Assembly: GCA_038207085.1 (NCBI GenBank)
Contig: JBBRAE010000003.1
Coordinates: forward strand, 1-64,000
From: Armatimonadota bacterium
Lineage (GTDB): Bacteria; Armatimonadota; UBA5829; DTLH01
Length of the DNA: 64,000 nt
Reading direction: 5' to 3'
The translations under genes and the position numbers were made by a program. Positions within the stretch are counted from its first letter, which is position 1. Each line of letters opens with the position of its first letter. The notes beneath the pieces were generated by a model. It was given only the letters and a program-made list of their open reading frames with translations. It was not told the origin of the DNA and did not search any database. This document shows, piece by piece, positions 10,265 through 21,000 of this stretch.

Positions 10265-11370
10265 CCCGCATGGTCTATGTCGCCAATTTCACACGAAACC
10301 CGGAGGTAACGGACGGCGGTTCGAGCCGGGAAGATGCGCTTGCGACTTTTGTCTGCGATCAGGGCGGAGAATGCCTTACTGTGTGTGACGGCAGGTTCAA
10401 AGGAAACGCAAAAGAGCGCTTTACCCGCGCCGGCAGGCTGCTCCGAGAGATCGAGGAGTTGAACCCGGAACTCGTTGTGCTGAGCTACCCGTCGTATCCG
10501 TTCTTCTGGCAGCACAAAGTAACCCGGTACTTCTGGACCAGTGTGCAGTTCACCCGGCAGCTTTCGAAACTTGCCCGGAAGATCGGCTTTCGTGTGGTTA
10601 TCGATATAATGGATCTGCCGGTGTTTCAGTACAAAGACCTCGGCTTTGGGCTTGAAATGCGCCCTGAGACTCTGAGAAAGTTTGATCGCTTCATATTCGG
10701 CTGGGCGGACTATCTTTGGGTCTGCTCAGAGTCGCTCGCCGAGGTGATAGCTAAGAACTATGCCATCCCTAAGTCCCGTATGATCGTCGCATTGAATGGC
10801 TACCGTGACACCTGCAAGCCTGACACGTCGGCGGACTGCACGGACAACGTGCTGCGGTTCACCTACGCCGGAAGCCTGAACCCCGAGCGCGGTATAAAGC
10901 ACCTGATCGACAGCTTTCTTGCAAATGACCTGGAGAATTGCGAACTGCACCTCTGCGGGCCGTTCGGGGAGTGGATAGACACGACCGTTCAGTCGAAGGC
11001 GATATTCCACCACGGCTCGCTCTTCAACGATCAGGCCTGCGAGATTATGAGCGGCTGCGATGTCGGGCTGATCCCTTACCCAGAGAGAGGATACTATCAT
11101 CTCGCGTTTGCCACCAAGCTCGGCTTTTATCTCGGGCTCGGGATGCCGGTCCTGTCGAGCAATGCGCACGAGACAGCGTCACACGTGAAGCGCCTGGGGG
11201 TGGGTCTGTGCTGGAACATCGACGATTTCGCGTCGGCATTCGCCTACATCAACGCTCACCGGGAAGAGCTCTGCAAGTGGCGCAAGCGAGCGATGGAAGC
11301 GCGAGGCGATTTCAACTGGTCCACGATTTACGCAAACGCTCTATCAAGAACATGTGAAGGTCACATGTAA
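10261..11370 (+). CDS. GT-B fold (GT4-like) glycosyltransferase, paralog B
   Basis: YAGSLNPERG, CDVGLIP, FATKLGFYLGLGMPVL; ATGA overlap. Confidence 0.78.
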   Translation: MTRMVYVANFTRNPEVTDGGSSREDALATFVCDQGGECLTVCDGRFKGNAKERFTRAGRLLREIEELNPELVVLSYPSYPFFWQHKVTRYFWTSVQFTRQLSKLARKIGFRVVIDIMDLPVFQYKDLGFGLEMRPETLRKFDRFIFGWADYLWVCSESLAEVIAKNYAIPKSRMIVALNGYRDTCKPDTSADCTDNVLRFTYAGSLNPERGIKHLIDSFLANDLENCELHLCGPFGEWIDTTVQSKAIFHHGSLFNDQACEIMSGCDVGLIPYPERGYYHLAFATKLGFYLGLGMPVLSSNAHETASHVKRLGVGLCWNIDDFASAFAYINAHREELCKWRKRAMEARGDFNWSTIYANALSRTCEGHM

Positions 11371-12287
11371 TGGATATCGAGTGCATTGTGCCGAACTACA
11401 ACGGCGGCTCGCTTATCAAACAAAATATACCGGGTGTCGTCTCGTGCTCCAAGATCAAGCGGGTGACGGTCATCGATGACGCGTCTACGGACGACAGTCT
11501 ATCATTGATTCGCCGGGAAGCGCCTGATGTAAGATTGGTCGCCCGCGACCAAAACGGCGGGTTCTCAGCGGCGGTGAACGACGGCATCAGGGCCGCCGAA
11601 AGCGATCTTATTCTGCTGCTGAACAACGATGTTGAGGTGACAGCGGGGTTTCTGGACGAGATATTGCCTGTCTTTGCTGACGACACCGTGTTCGCCGTCT
11701 GCCCGCGCATCATCCTGCCCAAGCTCGGCGGTATCGACGAAGGCGCAAAGACCGCATTCTGGCATCACGGGATGCTCTATACCGACCAAAACCAGGGGGT
11801 CGAGAAAGTTCACCCAATTCTCTACACTACGGGATGCGCTGCGGTCTACCGGCGCTCTATGCTCCAAGAGCTCGGCGGGTTCGACGACGCCTATTCCCCG
11901 TTTTACTGGGAAGACGCCGACCTCGGGTACCGCGCGTGGAAACGGGGTTGGAAAAGCTTGTATCACCCCGGAGGTCTGGTATACCATCAGCACTCGGCGT
12001 CGATCTCCAAGCTCGACACAGGCCGAACCGACAGGATCAAAGCCAGAAACAGCCTGTTTTTCATCTGGCGGAATATCGAAGATAGATCGATGCTCTCCGA
12101 CCACCGCCGATGGCTGCCGCTCGTGCTCGCCGAACGATTGAGGCGTCGGGACGGGGCGTTTGTCGCGGGATGGCGGGAAGCGTTTGCTCGCCGCGATGAA
12201 GCCAAAGCTGCCCGCGAGCGTGATTCGCGCCACAGGGTGCTCGGCGACCGGGAGATATTTGAACAAGTGGGGATACCAGTCAGGTGA
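11370..12287 (+). CDS. GT2 glycosyltransferase
   Basis: VPNYNG, DDASTD, LLNND, GGFDDAYSPFYWEDADL. Confidence 0.9.
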   Translation: MDIECIVPNYNGGSLIKQNIPGVVSCSKIKRVTVIDDASTDDSLSLIRREAPDVRLVARDQNGGFSAAVNDGIRAAESDLILLLNNDVEVTAGFLDEILPVFADDTVFAVCPRIILPKLGGIDEGAKTAFWHHGMLYTDQNQGVEKVHPILYTTGCAAVYRRSMLQELGGFDDAYSPFYWEDADLGYRAWKRGWKSLYHPGGLVYHQHSASISKLDTGRTDRIKARNSLFFIWRNIEDRSMLSDHRRWLPLVLAERLRRRDGAFVAGWREAFARRDEAKAARERDSRHRVLGDREIFEQVGIPVR

Positions 12288-13495
12288 AGATACTTTTTGT
12301 TTCCGCGTGGTATCCTTATCCGCCGGATAACGGGGCACGCATCAGGACCTACAACTTGCTTAAAGCGCTCTCGGCACGACACGAAGTGTTCCTGATTTCG
12401 CTTCTGCAGGACGATTCGGACCCGTCGGACTCAGCCAAACTGGCCGACGTGTGCAAGATCGTCTCGCTTCACAAGTCGCAGTGGTTCAAACCGGGGAGGC
12501 TTGACTCTCTCCTGGGGTTCTTTTCCAACAGACCCAGGTCGTGCGTCGCCACCTTCGATCAAGCCATCAAAGAGTCGGTGTCTGACGCCGCGCGAACTCT
12601 CTCACCCGATGTTATAGTCGCAGCTACCATCGGCGTAGTCGAATATATGCCCAGCGTTGATGTGCCGATGCTGCTCGACGAGCACAACTGTGAATACGGT
12701 GTCCTCAAGCGTCAGGCCAACAATGCGAAGTGTCCGTTTCACAGGCTCCGGCTGGAGCTGACATGGAGAAAGTTTGCGCGGTGGGAATCCTCTATATGTC
12801 GCAAGTTCGCGGGGATATCGATAGTGTCCGAGCTGGACAGGTCAATGCTGCTTGCCGCAGCGCCCGTCCTTCGTAATGTCAAAGTGGTTCCAAACGGGGT
12901 CGATACGTCTCTTTACGACCAAAATCAGCATGACCCGAAAAACAATCTTCTAATATACAACGGTGCGATGACCTACGGCGCGAACCTAGATGCCGTGAGG
13001 TACTTCGCATCGGATATATACTCGCACATCGCGACTTCGCTTCCAGATGCGAAGCTCAGAGTCACCGGACGCGTGGATGGGGTCGACCTATCGGACCTGG
13101 CCGACTGCGCGGGGATCGAGTTCACGGGGTACGTTGACGACATTCGCGGGGTGCTATCCGAGAGTGCGGTCTGCGTCGTACCGCTTCGGCAGGGCGGAGG
13201 GAGCCGTCTCAAGATTCTTGAAGCGATGGCTGCGGGCGTCCCCGTCGTCTCGACGACTATGGGCGCTGAAGGGTTGGAGGTGGTCGATGGTAAGCACCTC
13301 CTTGTCGCAGACTCAGGCCCGGAGTTTGCGGAGGCTGTCTGCAGAGTTGCAGCAGACAGAAAACTCGCGACCATGCTCACCGAAAACGCGAGGATATTGG
13401 TGGAAGAACACTACAGCTGGGCTAGCATAGGCGAGCGATTTTGCGATATAGTTGAAGAACTGGCCGGGAACCAACCCTTGGAGAACGATAGATGA
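12284..13495 (+). CDS. GT4 glycosyltransferase (resembles PEP-CTERM-locus-associated sugar transferases)
   Basis: PYPPDNGARIR, VPNGVD, VVPLRQGGGSRLKILEAMAAGVPVVST. Confidence 0.9.
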   Translation: MKILFVSAWYPYPPDNGARIRTYNLLKALSARHEVFLISLLQDDSDPSDSAKLADVCKIVSLHKSQWFKPGRLDSLLGFFSNRPRSCVATFDQAIKESVSDAARTLSPDVIVAATIGVVEYMPSVDVPMLLDEHNCEYGVLKRQANNAKCPFHRLRLELTWRKFARWESSICRKFAGISIVSELDRSMLLAAAPVLRNVKVVPNGVDTSLYDQNQHDPKNNLLIYNGAMTYGANLDAVRYFASDIYSHIATSLPDAKLRVTGRVDGVDLSDLADCAGIEFTGYVDDIRGVLSESAVCVVPLRQGGGSRLKILEAMAAGVPVVSTTMGAEGLEVVDGKHLLVADSGPEFAEAVCRVAADRKLATMLTENARILVEEHYSWASIGERFCDIVEELAGNQPLENDR

Positions 13496-14934
13496 CAGAA
13501 TCAAACGGCAGGCTGCCGAAAGATATACACTCGGGAACGAACTCGGGATGGACCCCGGAACGCGTCGCCGCCGTCGTCGGCATAGTCTCCCTGATCGCCC
13601 TCGGAAGCGTGCTGTTTGGTGTATTTGCGGCGAGTTTTAACTTCTACTGGATAGCGATCTGCATCGTCGGCACGCTTCTGATCGGACTTGTCGCTTGGCA
13701 ATTCGAGGCGGCTATGGTCGTCTACGCCCTCGTCGCATTCGTCCCTTGGGGGAGGACGCCCGACCTCGCGGTCGGTGGATCGGGCTCCGGCAAGGGTGTC
13801 TATATCAGCGAGGTGATGCTCGGTTTCCTGCTCACGGTATGGGCGGTGCGAAGCCTGCTCAAACTCATCCCGCAGAAGAGAATTGGGAGCGGGTTTTACA
13901 GGCCACTTGCGCTTTATCTCGCCTACAGCGTCCTTTGCGTCGTAAACGGGTTCATATTCTGGGACCCACACATCGACAAGCTGAACCAGCACCCGAGCGT
14001 GAACGTGATCGAGCTTGGACTGCGATTTCTGAGCGCTGGCGCGCTTGTGATGATGGCGACCTCAATCAGCAGCACGAAATGGGTGAAGCTGATCTCCTTC
14101 AGCTTGATGATCCCGGGGATCTACAGCCTCTTGAACGCCCTCGCGGGAGGCGCTGTGCCGGTGACAGGCATCTGGTGGTCGCTCCTCGGGTTTCTTCCCG
14201 CGTGCTTTATGTGGGGCCTTGTTCTTGAGCCCGGCACGGCAAAGCATATTAGAATCATAGGGGTTGCCGGAACAGCGATCGCGCTCTTTATAACTTTCTT
14301 CAAGAGTATCTCGTGGGTGTCAGGATGGCTCGGGCTGCTTACAGCCCTTGCCGCGGTCACCTATGTCAGAAACCGCAAATTGTTTGCGATACTGGTCTTC
14401 ATATTTGTGTGCCTGATGGCCTTTGGGCAGCCCTTTATCAAACACAATATCATCGCCGACTCCAAAGAGTCCGGTGACTACGACAGGTTTTCGTTGATGC
14501 AGGGGTCACTCAAATACGCGACGACGTTTCCACTTGGCGTTGGGCCCGGCAATTATCGAGCATATAACTCATTCTACTACGGTAAGAAATGGGGGACCAC
14601 GAGCTACACCTCAGCGCACGGAACATACTCACAGCACTTGTCTGAAATGGGCTTCCCGGGGACGATAATTCTGTTGTCCCTGCTATTTTTGGGTGGCAAG
14701 TGGCTGCTCTCCCGCCATCGCCGCCTGCCGCCGGGCCTTTCTCGGATGTTCTTGCTTGCGGCGTTTGGTCAGACGGTCGGAATTACCTGCGCTTCGATTC
14801 TCGGCGACTATATAATCCCCACCTATCACAATGGTGGACTCGTGACATTTTCCACGACGGTCTACACCTGGCTGGTTTGGGGCGCTGCAATCGCCCACGT
14901 CAGGCTGTCCGGTGTGGACGCAGCGGCGGAGTAA
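13492..14934 (+). CDS. O-antigen ligase / Wzy_C family integral membrane protein
   Basis: About 12 TM segments; late periplasmic loop with DR...PLGVGPGNY...SAHGTY..HLSEMG. Confidence 0.8.
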   Translation: MTESNGRLPKDIHSGTNSGWTPERVAAVVGIVSLIALGSVLFGVFAASFNFYWIAICIVGTLLIGLVAWQFEAAMVVYALVAFVPWGRTPDLAVGGSGSGKGVYISEVMLGFLLTVWAVRSLLKLIPQKRIGSGFYRPLALYLAYSVLCVVNGFIFWDPHIDKLNQHPSVNVIELGLRFLSAGALVMMATSISSTKWVKLISFSLMIPGIYSLLNALAGGAVPVTGIWWSLLGFLPACFMWGLVLEPGTAKHIRIIGVAGTAIALFITFFKSISWVSGWLGLLTALAAVTYVRNRKLFAILVFIFVCLMAFGQPFIKHNIIADSKESGDYDRFSLMQGSLKYATTFPLGVGPGNYRAYNSFYYGKKWGTTSYTSAHGTYSQHLSEMGFPGTIILLSLLFLGGKWLLSRHRRLPPGLSRMFLLAAFGQTVGITCASILGDYIIPTYHNGGLVTFSTTVYTWLVWGAAIAHVRLSGVDAAAE

Positions 14935-14938
14935 GCTT

Positions 14939-15796
14939 TTGGACATTTCTGTATCAATAGTTAGCTGGAACACTCGCGAACTGCTCGACCAGTGCATATC
15001 GTCGATCTATGCAGCTTCCGATGATATGAATGTCGAGATCATCGTCGTCGACAACTCTTCGAGCGACGGCAGCCAACAGATGACAAAAGAAAAGTATCCC
15101 TGTGTGAGGCTTGTGGAAAACTCTGCAAATCTCGGGTTCCCAAGGGCCAACAACCAGGCGTTCGAGTTGTCGACGGGACGGTATTTTCTCTTGCTGAACC
15201 CAGACACAGTCTGCCTGCCGGGCTCGTTGAACGGTATGGTTCGGTTTCTCGACCAAAATCCCTGCGCGGGAGTGGTTGGGCCGCTTGTGCGCAACCCGGA
15301 TGGCACACTACAGCACTCGTGGTCGAGGTTCCCGACGATTTGGAGCGAGTTCAAAGGCCGACTGAATAGAAGTATCTCTGGCTTAAGCCACGTGCCTCAA
15401 ACGGCCAAAGATACTATCGCGATCGGCCCTTTTCAGACCGACTGGGTAGGTGGATGCTGCCTGCTGATACGTCGCAGCGCAGTTGAGAAGGTCGGGCAGA
15501 TGGACGAATCGTTCTTTATGTACAGCGAGGAGACGGACTGGTGCTTTCGGCTGAAACAGGCTGGGATGGAAGTGTGGGTCGAACCTGCGGCAGAGATTGT
15601 TCACATCGGCGGGCAGAGCAGTTCGCAGGCATCGGCTGAGTCCGCGCGGCAGCTGCGGCGGAGCAAGTCGATATACTTTGGAAAACACCACGGGGCGGTG
15701 CAGGCGGTGACGCTATCGGCGCTTCTTTACGCTAAATCATCGGTTTTGTCGTTAGCAAGACGTGGGCGAAACTTTTCGCCTCAGGATAAAAAGTAG
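14939..15796 (+). CDS. GT2 glycosyltransferase
   Basis: IVSWNTRELL, VDNSSSDGS, LLNPD, FMYSEETDWC; TTG 14939 follows GGAG (ORF track start 14912). Confidence 0.88.
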   Translation: MDISVSIVSWNTRELLDQCISSIYAASDDMNVEIIVVDNSSSDGSQQMTKEKYPCVRLVENSANLGFPRANNQAFELSTGRYFLLLNPDTVCLPGSLNGMVRFLDQNPCAGVVGPLVRNPDGTLQHSWSRFPTIWSEFKGRLNRSISGLSHVPQTAKDTIAIGPFQTDWVGGCCLLIRRSAVEKVGQMDESFFMYSEETDWCFRLKQAGMEVWVEPAAEIVHIGGQSSSQASAESARQLRRSKSIYFGKHHGAVQAVTLSALLYAKSSVLSLARRGRNFSPQDKK

Positions 15797-16797
15797 TGTT
15801 TAACACATTCTCTCAGGACACAATTTGGAACCCCGGAGTCGTCTCGATCATCATCGTGAACTGGAACACGCGCGAGCTTCTGATGCGCTGCATTGAGGCC
15901 GTGGGTCAGGATGCCGCCGGACTGGACTTGGAGATAATCGTCGTCGACAATGCTTCTAGTGATGGGTCTGCAAAGACGATCCGCGAACACTATTCCGAGG
16001 TCAAGCTGATCACCAATACTAGAAATCTGGGATTTGCCGTCGCCTCAAACCAAGGAATAAAGGAATCGAAAGGGGAGTACATACTTCTGCTCAATCCGGA
16101 CGCAATTGTGCAACCAGGCGCTGTGCGAGGCCTAGTATGTTTTCTGAGCGATCAGCGCTCTGTAGGTATAGTTGGACCATTGCTTTATGGCACCGACGGC
16201 CAAGTTCAGATTTCCAGTTTCGGAATGACTCCATCGCCGATCGAAGCGGCTATGCGCGCTTTTCGCATCTGGCGCTTGGCGCCAAAGTCTAAGCTAGCGC
16301 GGCGGTTCTTGACATTACCGGAAGGAACATGCAACTGGACCGAAACAGAACACTTGCTGGGTGCCTGTATGTTAATCAGACGTGATGTGGTGGAGCAGAT
16401 AGGAGGTTTGGACGAAGGCTTCTTCCTGTTCCTCGAGGAAACGGACTTCTGTTGTCGCGCAAAGGACAGCGGGTGGAAACTCGCATACTACACCGGAGTT
16501 GCAGTCACGCATATTGGCGAACAGAGTATGCAGAACATTCTGCACAGGTCGGGCGGCTTGTATATAAGAAGTTATAACAGGTTCTGTCGCAAGCGCGGGA
16601 TGAATGGTATGCGTCGGGCCATTGTAAACGTCTTTCTTATTGCCGCAGTAGCTACAGACGCGCTTGTAGGTCTCGTAAAGTACCGCAATCTTACCCGGTC
16701 GCTTCAGGGATTGGCGGCCATTTGGTACGGCTACATTGGCAATCCGCAGCCGAAGAAAGGTAGTGTTCTAGCGTGTCCAGAGGACGAAATTACGTAG
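15796..16797 (+). CDS. GT2 glycosyltransferase (paralog of the preceding gene)
   Basis: IVNWNTRELL, VDNASSDGS, LLNPD, FLFLEETDFC. Confidence 0.88.
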   Translation: MFNTFSQDTIWNPGVVSIIIVNWNTRELLMRCIEAVGQDAAGLDLEIIVVDNASSDGSAKTIREHYSEVKLITNTRNLGFAVASNQGIKESKGEYILLLNPDAIVQPGAVRGLVCFLSDQRSVGIVGPLLYGTDGQVQISSFGMTPSPIEAAMRAFRIWRLAPKSKLARRFLTLPEGTCNWTETEHLLGACMLIRRDVVEQIGGLDEGFFLFLEETDFCCRAKDSGWKLAYYTGVAVTHIGEQSMQNILHRSGGLYIRSYNRFCRKRGMNGMRRAIVNVFLIAAVATDALVGLVKYRNLTRSLQGLAAIWYGYIGNPQPKKGSVLACPEDEIT

Positions 16798-16841
16798 CAG
16801 GACAGCAACGAAGTTCAGTAACCACGTTGCAGCAAGGAGAT

Positions 16842-17900
16842 ATGATGCGTGTGACAGAGCAAAATACCGATAGACTAAAAACCATCCTTGCCGTGAGTGA
16901 ACATCTGCAAAATATCGCTGAGGGCACGGGACCGATCAAGGATTATGAGGTAATTTCAGCAGAGATGGACGCACGCGTAATTGGATGTACACGTGCAAAT
17001 TGGATGAGACATCCGTTCGCAGTAGCAGAACGTGCATTTGCTCTGGATTTGTCCCAAGCCGCACGGATACTTAGGGATTTCCCGACTGCAAAAGCTTATA
17101 TCAGCTTTTCCGAACGCACCGGTATACCACTGGCAGCCTTGCTACGCTCCAGACACACTCGGCCAGCACATGTTATGATCGCCCATCGCTTGAACACCCG
17201 ATCGAAGAGACTCTTCCGCCAGATATCGCAATGGCACAATGGGATTGACACCATTGTCACGATGTGCAGCACCCAGCTTGAATACGCTCGGCAACTACTG
17301 CCGGATTCGTCGGTATTTATCAGGCAGGGAATTGACACCGACTTCTACTCTCCTCAATATGGGGCCTACGAAGGCAACTACATACTTAGTGTGGGCAGCG
17401 AGAGCAGAGACTATGCAACGCTGGCTCAGGCAGCAGAGATCTTTCCCTATCCCATTAAAATATTGGCATCCAGCCCTTGGTCCCGAAATCGAGTTCGTAA
17501 CGATTCACAATCCTTGCCAACTAATATGGAGTTCCTTCCCCGCCTTGACTACGATAGCGTGCGCAAGTTATATAGGGAGGCCAAAGTCATTGTGGTGCCA
17601 CTCCACGATACATACTATGCTGCAGGCGTCAACGCTGTGCTGGAAGGTTTCGCCGTAGGTAAGCCTGTATTAGTTTCGGGATCACTGGGCATATTGGACT
17701 ACGTTTGTCACTCGAATAATGCGTATGTTGTACCGGTCGCCAATGCTGAAGCCTTGGCGGATGCCGTGGAATTACTGTGGAACGACAGCGCGCTTCGAGA
17801 GGCATTGGGGGAAGAAGCGCGCCGTTGGGTGGTTTGTCACTGCGGATTGGTGACATATGCAGCTGCAATTAGCCAAATCGTCAAGAACAATCTAAAATGA
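16842..17900 (+). CDS. GT4 glycosyltransferase
   Basis: GIDTDFY, SVGSESRDY, AGVNAVLEGFAVGKPV; AAGGAG RBS before ATG. Confidence 0.85.
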   Translation: MMRVTEQNTDRLKTILAVSEHLQNIAEGTGPIKDYEVISAEMDARVIGCTRANWMRHPFAVAERAFALDLSQAARILRDFPTAKAYISFSERTGIPLAALLRSRHTRPAHVMIAHRLNTRSKRLFRQISQWHNGIDTIVTMCSTQLEYARQLLPDSSVFIRQGIDTDFYSPQYGAYEGNYILSVGSESRDYATLAQAAEIFPYPIKILASSPWSRNRVRNDSQSLPTNMEFLPRLDYDSVRKLYREAKVIVVPLHDTYYAAGVNAVLEGFAVGKPVLVSGSLGILDYVCHSNNAYVVPVANAEALADAVELLWNDSALREALGEEARRWVVCHCGLVTYAAAISQIVKNNLK

Positions 17901-18046
17901 GTCAAAACTTTCGGAGCAATCCTGGTGCTTTTTTTGTCGGATTCAGCTGGTAGAATTGCCGATGCAGAGCATTATATAAGAATGGAACACTAGTGTAGAG
18001 CCCTTCGTCTCAAGTCTTAGGCAGACTATCAGGAGAGGAATCTACA

Positions 18047-21000
18047 ATGTCCAGAACGCTAACCGTGCTGTTGCTCTTTACGTGTGTTCTTGCTTCACAG
18101 ACTGTTCAGGCAGAACCATCAGTCAATGGCGTCAGCTCACCCTTGAGCATTGGACTATACCAAAAGTTTGAGGTAAGTTTCGATATCACCACTACCGCTT
18201 CCAACTTCTACTGGCCTCACGACACAGCGCCTAACCCCGGAGTGCCTGCCACAGTAGGAGTAAGCGTAGACGGACTGTTCTCCTGTAATAACTGGGCCAC
18301 GACAATCGTTCAGCCGGCGTTTTACTTCCAGGATTATGAGCGTAACGGCAATTGGTTGTACCCCAAAGGTGATCCACAGTGGAAGATCAGGTTTGCCCCG
18401 AATACGGTCGGGTCTTGGAAATACAAGATCCGAGTTACTGACTCTAGCGGAACTGTCATAACACCTGAGTACTCTTTTGGATGCGTGCCATCATCAAACC
18501 GCGGGTTTGTCAAGGTCAGTAACGCCGACTGCAGGTATTTTGAGACCTCGGAGGGGTCGACGCTAAACCTGGTTGGACTCAGTGACTATACCACTAAACC
18601 AAACGAAATGGATGCTCTATATCCGACTCTGGGAGCAAACGGCGTGAATCTGCTCAGAGTATGGTGGCAGGGCTCACAAGGACCTGTGGTCTGGGGTTTC
18701 TCAGGACAGGGAGGAGTGGCAGGATGGGGCGGGTTCGATGTATCTTCGGAGCAATCCAGGTCTGGTGAGCTGTTCAGCGGAAACCTTGTTGGGAACAAGT
18801 CTGCATCCATTAAGGCGGACGTAAAGCCCAGCACAACCTATCGCTTTTCCGCCTGGGTAAAGACAGTGGGAGTGATTGGACCGGTAAATGCCTCGAAACC
18901 ATACGGCGCTTGGCTACAAGCGTTTGATTTGGCGAACGATATGGCAGATAAGCCTCTAACCACTCCCGTAAACGGGAACAGTCAATGGACTTCCATCTCC
19001 GCAAGCGTAACCACAAAAGCCGGGCAGACGGAAATCGGATGGGCCAAGTGCGTGTTAGACAACGTTTCAGGAGGCGCAGCCTATTTCACGGATATGTCAT
19101 TGCAGGAAGACTTGGGAAACGGGCATTATGGCCCGAACATCTTCGCTTGGCCTGATCTGAACGTATACAAATACATATCTCAACTAGAAGCATGGAAAGC
19201 CGACTATCAGACAGACCTGTGCAGCCGTAACGGAATCTATCTGAAGGTATGCTTGCAGGAGAAACAGGACGAGATTTTTGGCAGAATCCAGGCAAACGGC
19301 ACTGCGGGCTCCACGAATGACAACAATGTATACGCCAATCCCACTCACGCTAGCCGCACCTATCAACAATACATTTGGAGATACATAATCGCCAGGTACG
19401 GATATGCGACCAGCATTCACTCCTTCGAGTTCTGCAACGAGGGCGACCCGTTCAACGCCAACCACACGAATGCGCTACAGGCAATGACCGACAGCTTTGC
19501 GAACCAAGACCCCAACAAGCACTTGGTCACCACATCAAACTGGCACAGTTTTCCAACAAAGGAAATGTGGGATCAAATTAGTTCGCCCGGCTACACCGAC
19601 TGGCATCAGTATGTAGGCGTTCAGACAAGCACGAACACCAACAACGTAGTATATGGCTGGGCATGCTCAACGTCAGACATAGACACTTCGGTGAAGCGTT
19701 CCGGCACAGGCAGTCTGCACGTTGTAGGCAATGGTGACGAGTGCTCTATTGAATCACGTCCATTTGCGATCACCCCAGGGCACACCTACACTCTGTCCTA
19801 CTACTGCAAAGGACAGGGCCTAACAGCGACTGGAACGCACGCCGGGAGTGTCGACTGGATTTACCCGTCATTTATAATCTATACTATGGATGGTTGGTGG
19901 AGTAACGAGCTTGTAAAGCTTATCACTGGCAGACCCGGCGACATGATGGGAACGTATGATTGGACCCAGAAGTCTATCACATTCAATGCTGGACCTACTG
20001 CTAAGTATCTTCGTCTGGGACCGTCAGCTCATTGGGCTGTGGGTGATCTGTGGTTCGATGATATACGACTACACGATGACACTGCAGGAGTCTATGTTGA
20101 AGTCCCAAATGGCAGTTTTGACACAGCCAGAATGGACTATGACACATCGCTTCTCAACCTGTCTGTTGGCACTCAGGTCGGCAACAAGATCACCAGGACG
20201 GTCAAGACCCCATGCATTAGAGGGGAGTTGGGCATAGTTGGTAACAATGTGTTCGGAACTCCTTACAAAGGGTTTTCATACACCGGAGAGAACCAGCAGT
20301 TGGTTGATGACCAGGAAGGCATTTGGTATAAGAAGCTTGTATGGGGTCAAGTGAACCCCTATGGCGTCATCAGCATGTATTGGTGGCGCGAAAACATTAT
20401 GGCCAAAGGCCTATACAAATACACGAAGGCTTACCAAACGTTTATGGCTGCGATTCCACTGTCGAACGGACACTACAGCGACGCTAAGGCCGTCTGTTCA
20501 AGCTCAACAATGCGTGCATGGGGACAGAAAGACACCGTCAACAACAAGGCGCATCTCTGGATAGACAACACGCCATACACTTGGAAGAAAGTAGTGGACG
20601 GAGTAGCTGTCCCCGCAGCATCTGGAAGCGTTACGCTCGCGGGGCTGGCTAACGGGACTTATATCGCAGAGTGGTGGGACACGACAAACGGCGTCGTGTC
20701 GAGGACCGAGACCGTCCAGTGCTCATCGGGCAACATTGTGCTCTCGGTAAGCAGTTTGCAGTCGGACACCGCATGCAAGGTATATCCCGCGCCGCCTGAC
20801 ACGACTTTGCCGGTTGTCGCGATCACCAGCCCGACGAGTTCGCCTTCCTACACAAGCGCCTCGGCGAGCGTCAGCATCGCGGGAAACGCTTCGGACGACT
20901 CGGGCATCACCGGTGTTACCTGGGCTAACAGCCTGGGAGGAAGCGGAGCCTGCACTGGCGGCGCCTCATGGAGCGCTGCCGGATTGATCCTCCATGCGGG

